A DNA stretch of 64,000 nt, taken from NCBI GenBank assembly GCA_963789265.1, contig CAWBKB010000003.1, forward strand, positions 960,001-1,024,000. The letters are read 5' to 3'. A model generated the notes under the pieces. The model had not been told where the DNA came from. It was given only the letters and a program-made list of their open reading frames with translations, and made no database searches. Shown piece after piece: positions 61,410 to 64,000 of the stretch (position 1 is the first letter of the stretch; the number at the start of each line of letters is the position of its first letter). The stretch is from an uncultured delta proteobacterium (lineage in GTDB: Bacteria; Desulfobacterota; Desulfomonilia; Desulfomonilales; Desulfomonilaceae). A program made the position numbers and the translations under genes.

Positions 61410-62061
61410 ATGAAAAAAGTAGCCAGAAACGTTCATCCACATCGGACTCCGTACCAGGAACGAGCCAAAGACAAGAAAGATCGCATCGTCAAGGTCTCGT
61501 ACAGGCTATTCAACTTTCATGGTTTCGAAGCGGTGAGTGTACGCCGCATCGCGCGTGGAAGCCGGAGTGTCCATCGGGACAATCTATGCTTACTTTCGGG
61601 ATAAGCAGGACATTTTTGTAGCTGCACGCCAGATGTATAGACATGAGCTTTATGAGAATTTCCTGGAGGTCATCGAGCACGAACTGGACGCTGCTGCGTC
61701 AGTCGAAGAGGCTCTGATGGCAATGATCAAACGGCTGGACCAGGTGATGGGGCGGCATCTGACCTTTTACCGGGAAATGTTGATTCTGGTCCTGCGGGAT
61801 GAAGAACTGAAGAAAGGATTTATCGTTGACGAGAGGGAAAACGGCCAAGCCGTGGCAGAACTCTTTTTCCGAAAATTTGAATCCAGAATTAAGCTGAAAG
61901 ATCGAGAGTTAACAGCTTTTGTGCTGCGCCGGATCGTCAGGGAAGTGGTGCAATTTATGCTCCTGTTTCCTTCGGATGTATCCAGGGACAGGGTTTACGA
62001 GGAAATGGCCCGCATCATGGCGGGTTATCTGGGCAGAGGCAATGGGTTGGATTTACGATGA
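61410..62061 (+). CDS. TetR-family regulator (one frameshift at about 61557)
   Basis: PYQERAKDK...GFEAVSVRRIAR, then EAGVSIGTIYAYFRDK after removing one G. Confidence 0.85.
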
Positions 62062-62129
62062 TAAAGGGCGAAAGGTTCAGTGACACCCGTGAACTACTGT
62101 CGGTGCGAAGTAAGTCCCAGAGATCACTT

Positions 62130-63359
62130 CTAACGCTTTGACAAACCAAAATCCACCGGGATTTCTTGGCCGTTTGATGTTCTCAATACTCCCGTGACCC
62201 TTCCGTTGGCATCGAGTCTTCCGCTGAACGACTGTCCGCTGTAATGGGAAGCCCGAATTTGCCCATTCTCGAACGTACCGGTGAAGTGGTAAGTATCTTC
62301 TTTTCCCAATGGGTTGGTGATCCGAAATACTCCCCTGATAATTTTGCCTTCGTGCTGCGAGATATCGAGCTTTATTCTGTTCCTCATGTAAGTCGTTTCC
62401 CAATATCCGGTAATATTATCAGTAGATTCAGAAGGTTTAACGGGAGGAGTTGCGGCAGCCGGGGCCTCCGGTTTTGCCGCAGGCGGTTCCGATTCCGAGG
62501 GAAGATCCTCTTCTGAAAAATTATGTTCTCCATGTGTTAGTTTGTTTGTCCGAATTTCTTCTTTTACTCTAGCAGTCAAAGTCTCCAATTTTTGTTTTGA
62601 TTTTGGATCTGATTCCGGACCAACGACCTTTTGCAGAAAGCTCAGCGACTCTGCCGGACGCTTGGCGAGCATGCAGACTACCGCTATGTCGTAAAGTGCG
62701 TCCGAGTTCTTCGGCTCCTTCGAAAGGACCTTTTTGAAATCTCTTATCCCCTCCTCATACCGCTCTACGGCTACGTATGCAATTCCCCTTCCCAAATAAG
62801 CATCTATCGACGAAGGATTCAACCTGATAGAGTAAGAATAATCTTCGATACCCTTCTGGGCCTTTCCGTGAAACGTGTACGCATCAGCTCGGAGCAGATA
62901 TCCGGTCGGGTCCGTAGGTGTCGCGCTTATATATTCACTCAAATCCGATATTGCTTTGTCATAATTGCCCAAGAGATCGTATGCCTGACCTCTCAGTTTG
63001 AAAGCTTCCGGAGCGGGATTTCCCCTTATTGACACAGACAGTAACCTTATGGCCCGCAAATAGTCTCCTCGCAACAGATTATCTTTTCCGATAGCCAAAT
63101 ATTCAGAAGCCCGCTCAAGGTTGCGCTGCCTTGCAATACTCTCCTGGTCAAATGACATAGCATCTGCAGGTACAAAAAGAGGTGCCACCACAGCAAGAAA
63201 GACTAAGACAGCGGCAACACTTCTGCCACGCGATACAATATTCCACAACTGACAGTCGCCTGACAGGATATGCAAACGAGCAGGCACAGGTATCAAATCA
63301 TATACGCTTCGCAGAATAGTTTTTGCCATTCTAATCCAATACGCCTTCAGGTGAGACAT
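62130..63359 (-). CDS. Exported TPR-repeat protein (start uncertain)
   Basis: About five TPR units (AFKLRGQAY...AISDL; AYLGRGIAY...GIRDF), a Pro/Ala linker and a C-terminal beta domain. Confidence 0.8.
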   Translation of the reverse strand: MSHLKAYWIRMAKTILRSVYDLIPVPARLHILSGDCQLWNIVSRGRSVAAVLVFLAVVAPLFVPADAMSFDQESIARQRNLERASEYLAIGKDNLLRGDYLRAIRLLSVSIRGNPAPEAFKLRGQAYDLLGNYDKAISDLSEYISATPTDPTGYLLRADAYTFHGKAQKGIEDYSYSIRLNPSSIDAYLGRGIAYVAVERYEEGIRDFKKVLSKEPKNSDALYDIAVVCMLAKRPAESLSFLQKVVGPESDPKSKQKLETLTARVKEEIRTNKLTHGEHNFSEEDLPSESEPPAAKPEAPAAATPPVKPSESTDNITGYWETTYMRNRIKLDISQHEGKIIRGVFRITNPLGKEDTYHFTGTFENGQIRASHYSGQSFSGRLDANGRVTGVLRTSNGQEIPVDFGLSKR

Positions 63360-63506
63360 TTTTCAATACCGCAGTGGCGCCCGCTTCGAGCAAATCTCCT
63401 GGGCAAGGATCGTCGTGCTGCAACGAGACTGACCGGGTTTCCAAGACTTTCCGAAAGCCGCAGCTAGTACAGCCTGCACTGCGATCACTTGGCCGGGCCA
63501 TTGGTG

Positions 63507-64000
63507 TCATTCATCGACAGACAGTTCGACCTCCTGGTCTTCTCCGGAATTAATCTTAACCTGCCGAGTGAGCTTTCCGGCGGAATCGCGCTTGACCGAA
63601 GAAGGCACTACGATTGTGTATTCTCCCGGCGCGAGATCGAGCTTTTGCCCTGGCGGTGTGGTGTAGATTTTCTCTTTGCCCACCACTTCCACGGGTTCCT
63701 GTCTTAGGGCATTCAGGACTTGAGCGTAACTCCTCACCGAGGAATCCAGGTCTGCGGACCCATTGATCTTGAGAAATGTCCCGCCACTGTTTTCAGCCAG
63801 CTTCATATACGACTTTTGCTTGAACGACGGCATGCCCAGTGCCACGACGTCTATCTCGGGGCTTTCTTTCATCTTCACGAGCTTAACTTCCCGACTCATG
63901 TCAATACCAGAACACTCTGTTTGCCCATCGGTCATTATCATTATCCTGGGAACGCGGTTGCCAGTCACAGCAAAGTCATTCCTCAAGGCACGGATAATCG
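63507..64000 (-). CDS. vWA-domain protein, 5'-truncated by window edge
   Basis: IMIMTDGQTEC...IDVVALG...LAENSGGTF. Confidence 0.75.
   Translation of the reverse strand, partial: IIRALRNDFAVTGNRVPRIMIMTDGQTECSGIDMSREVKLVKMKESPEIDVVALGMPSFKQKSYMKLAENSGGTFLKINGSADLDSSVRSYAQVLNALRQEPVEVVGKEKIYTTPPGQKLDLAPGEYTIVVPSSVKRDSAGKLTRQVKINSGEDQEVELSVDE

Overview
This 64 kb window most likely comes from a strictly anaerobic Desulfobacterota-type (deltaproteobacterial) genome; that assignment is inferred from gene content only. It carries about 13 single-base frameshifts that look like long-read indel errors. Left to right: (1) a purN-like formyltransferase tail and a DUF3786 gene; (2) a copper/heavy-metal island (Cys-rich leader, HMA-SurA fusion, DUF2318, MacB/LolD-type ABC pair, cusB, cusA, NosL); (3) a HAMP class III cyclase with guanylate-cyclase-like specificity residues; (4) a minus-strand block of LysR, UPF0261, UbiD (MqnL-like), UbiA (MqnP-like) and Memo; (5) a LysR-controlled phenol-type activation operon (ubiX, PNPOx-like protein, ppsA, ppsB, a lone ppcB, an atypical aryl-CoA ligase, a second UPF0261, a WP-repeat membrane protein, ppsC, an HD hydrolase) lacking ppcA/C/D; (6) a tandem-TetR regulator divergent from a complete class II benzoyl-CoA reductase operon bamBCD-DUF3795-bamEFGHI, with in-frame selenocysteine TGA codons in bamE and bamF; (7) a stand-alone TGS-less thrS, two nitroreductases, an orphan MNT antitoxin, yefM-yoeB, pxpABC, an OYE-family reductase with a VOC protein, an MFS transporter, a methyltransferase, hydrolases, a TetR, and TPR and vWA genes. 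Many intergenic REP/RPE-like palindromes are present. No rRNA, tRNA, CRISPR array or transposase was seen. The best candidate for an undescribed system is the non-canonical aryl-phosphate carboxylation module (19.3-31.9 kb) with its unusual accessory proteins, directly next to the bam operon.
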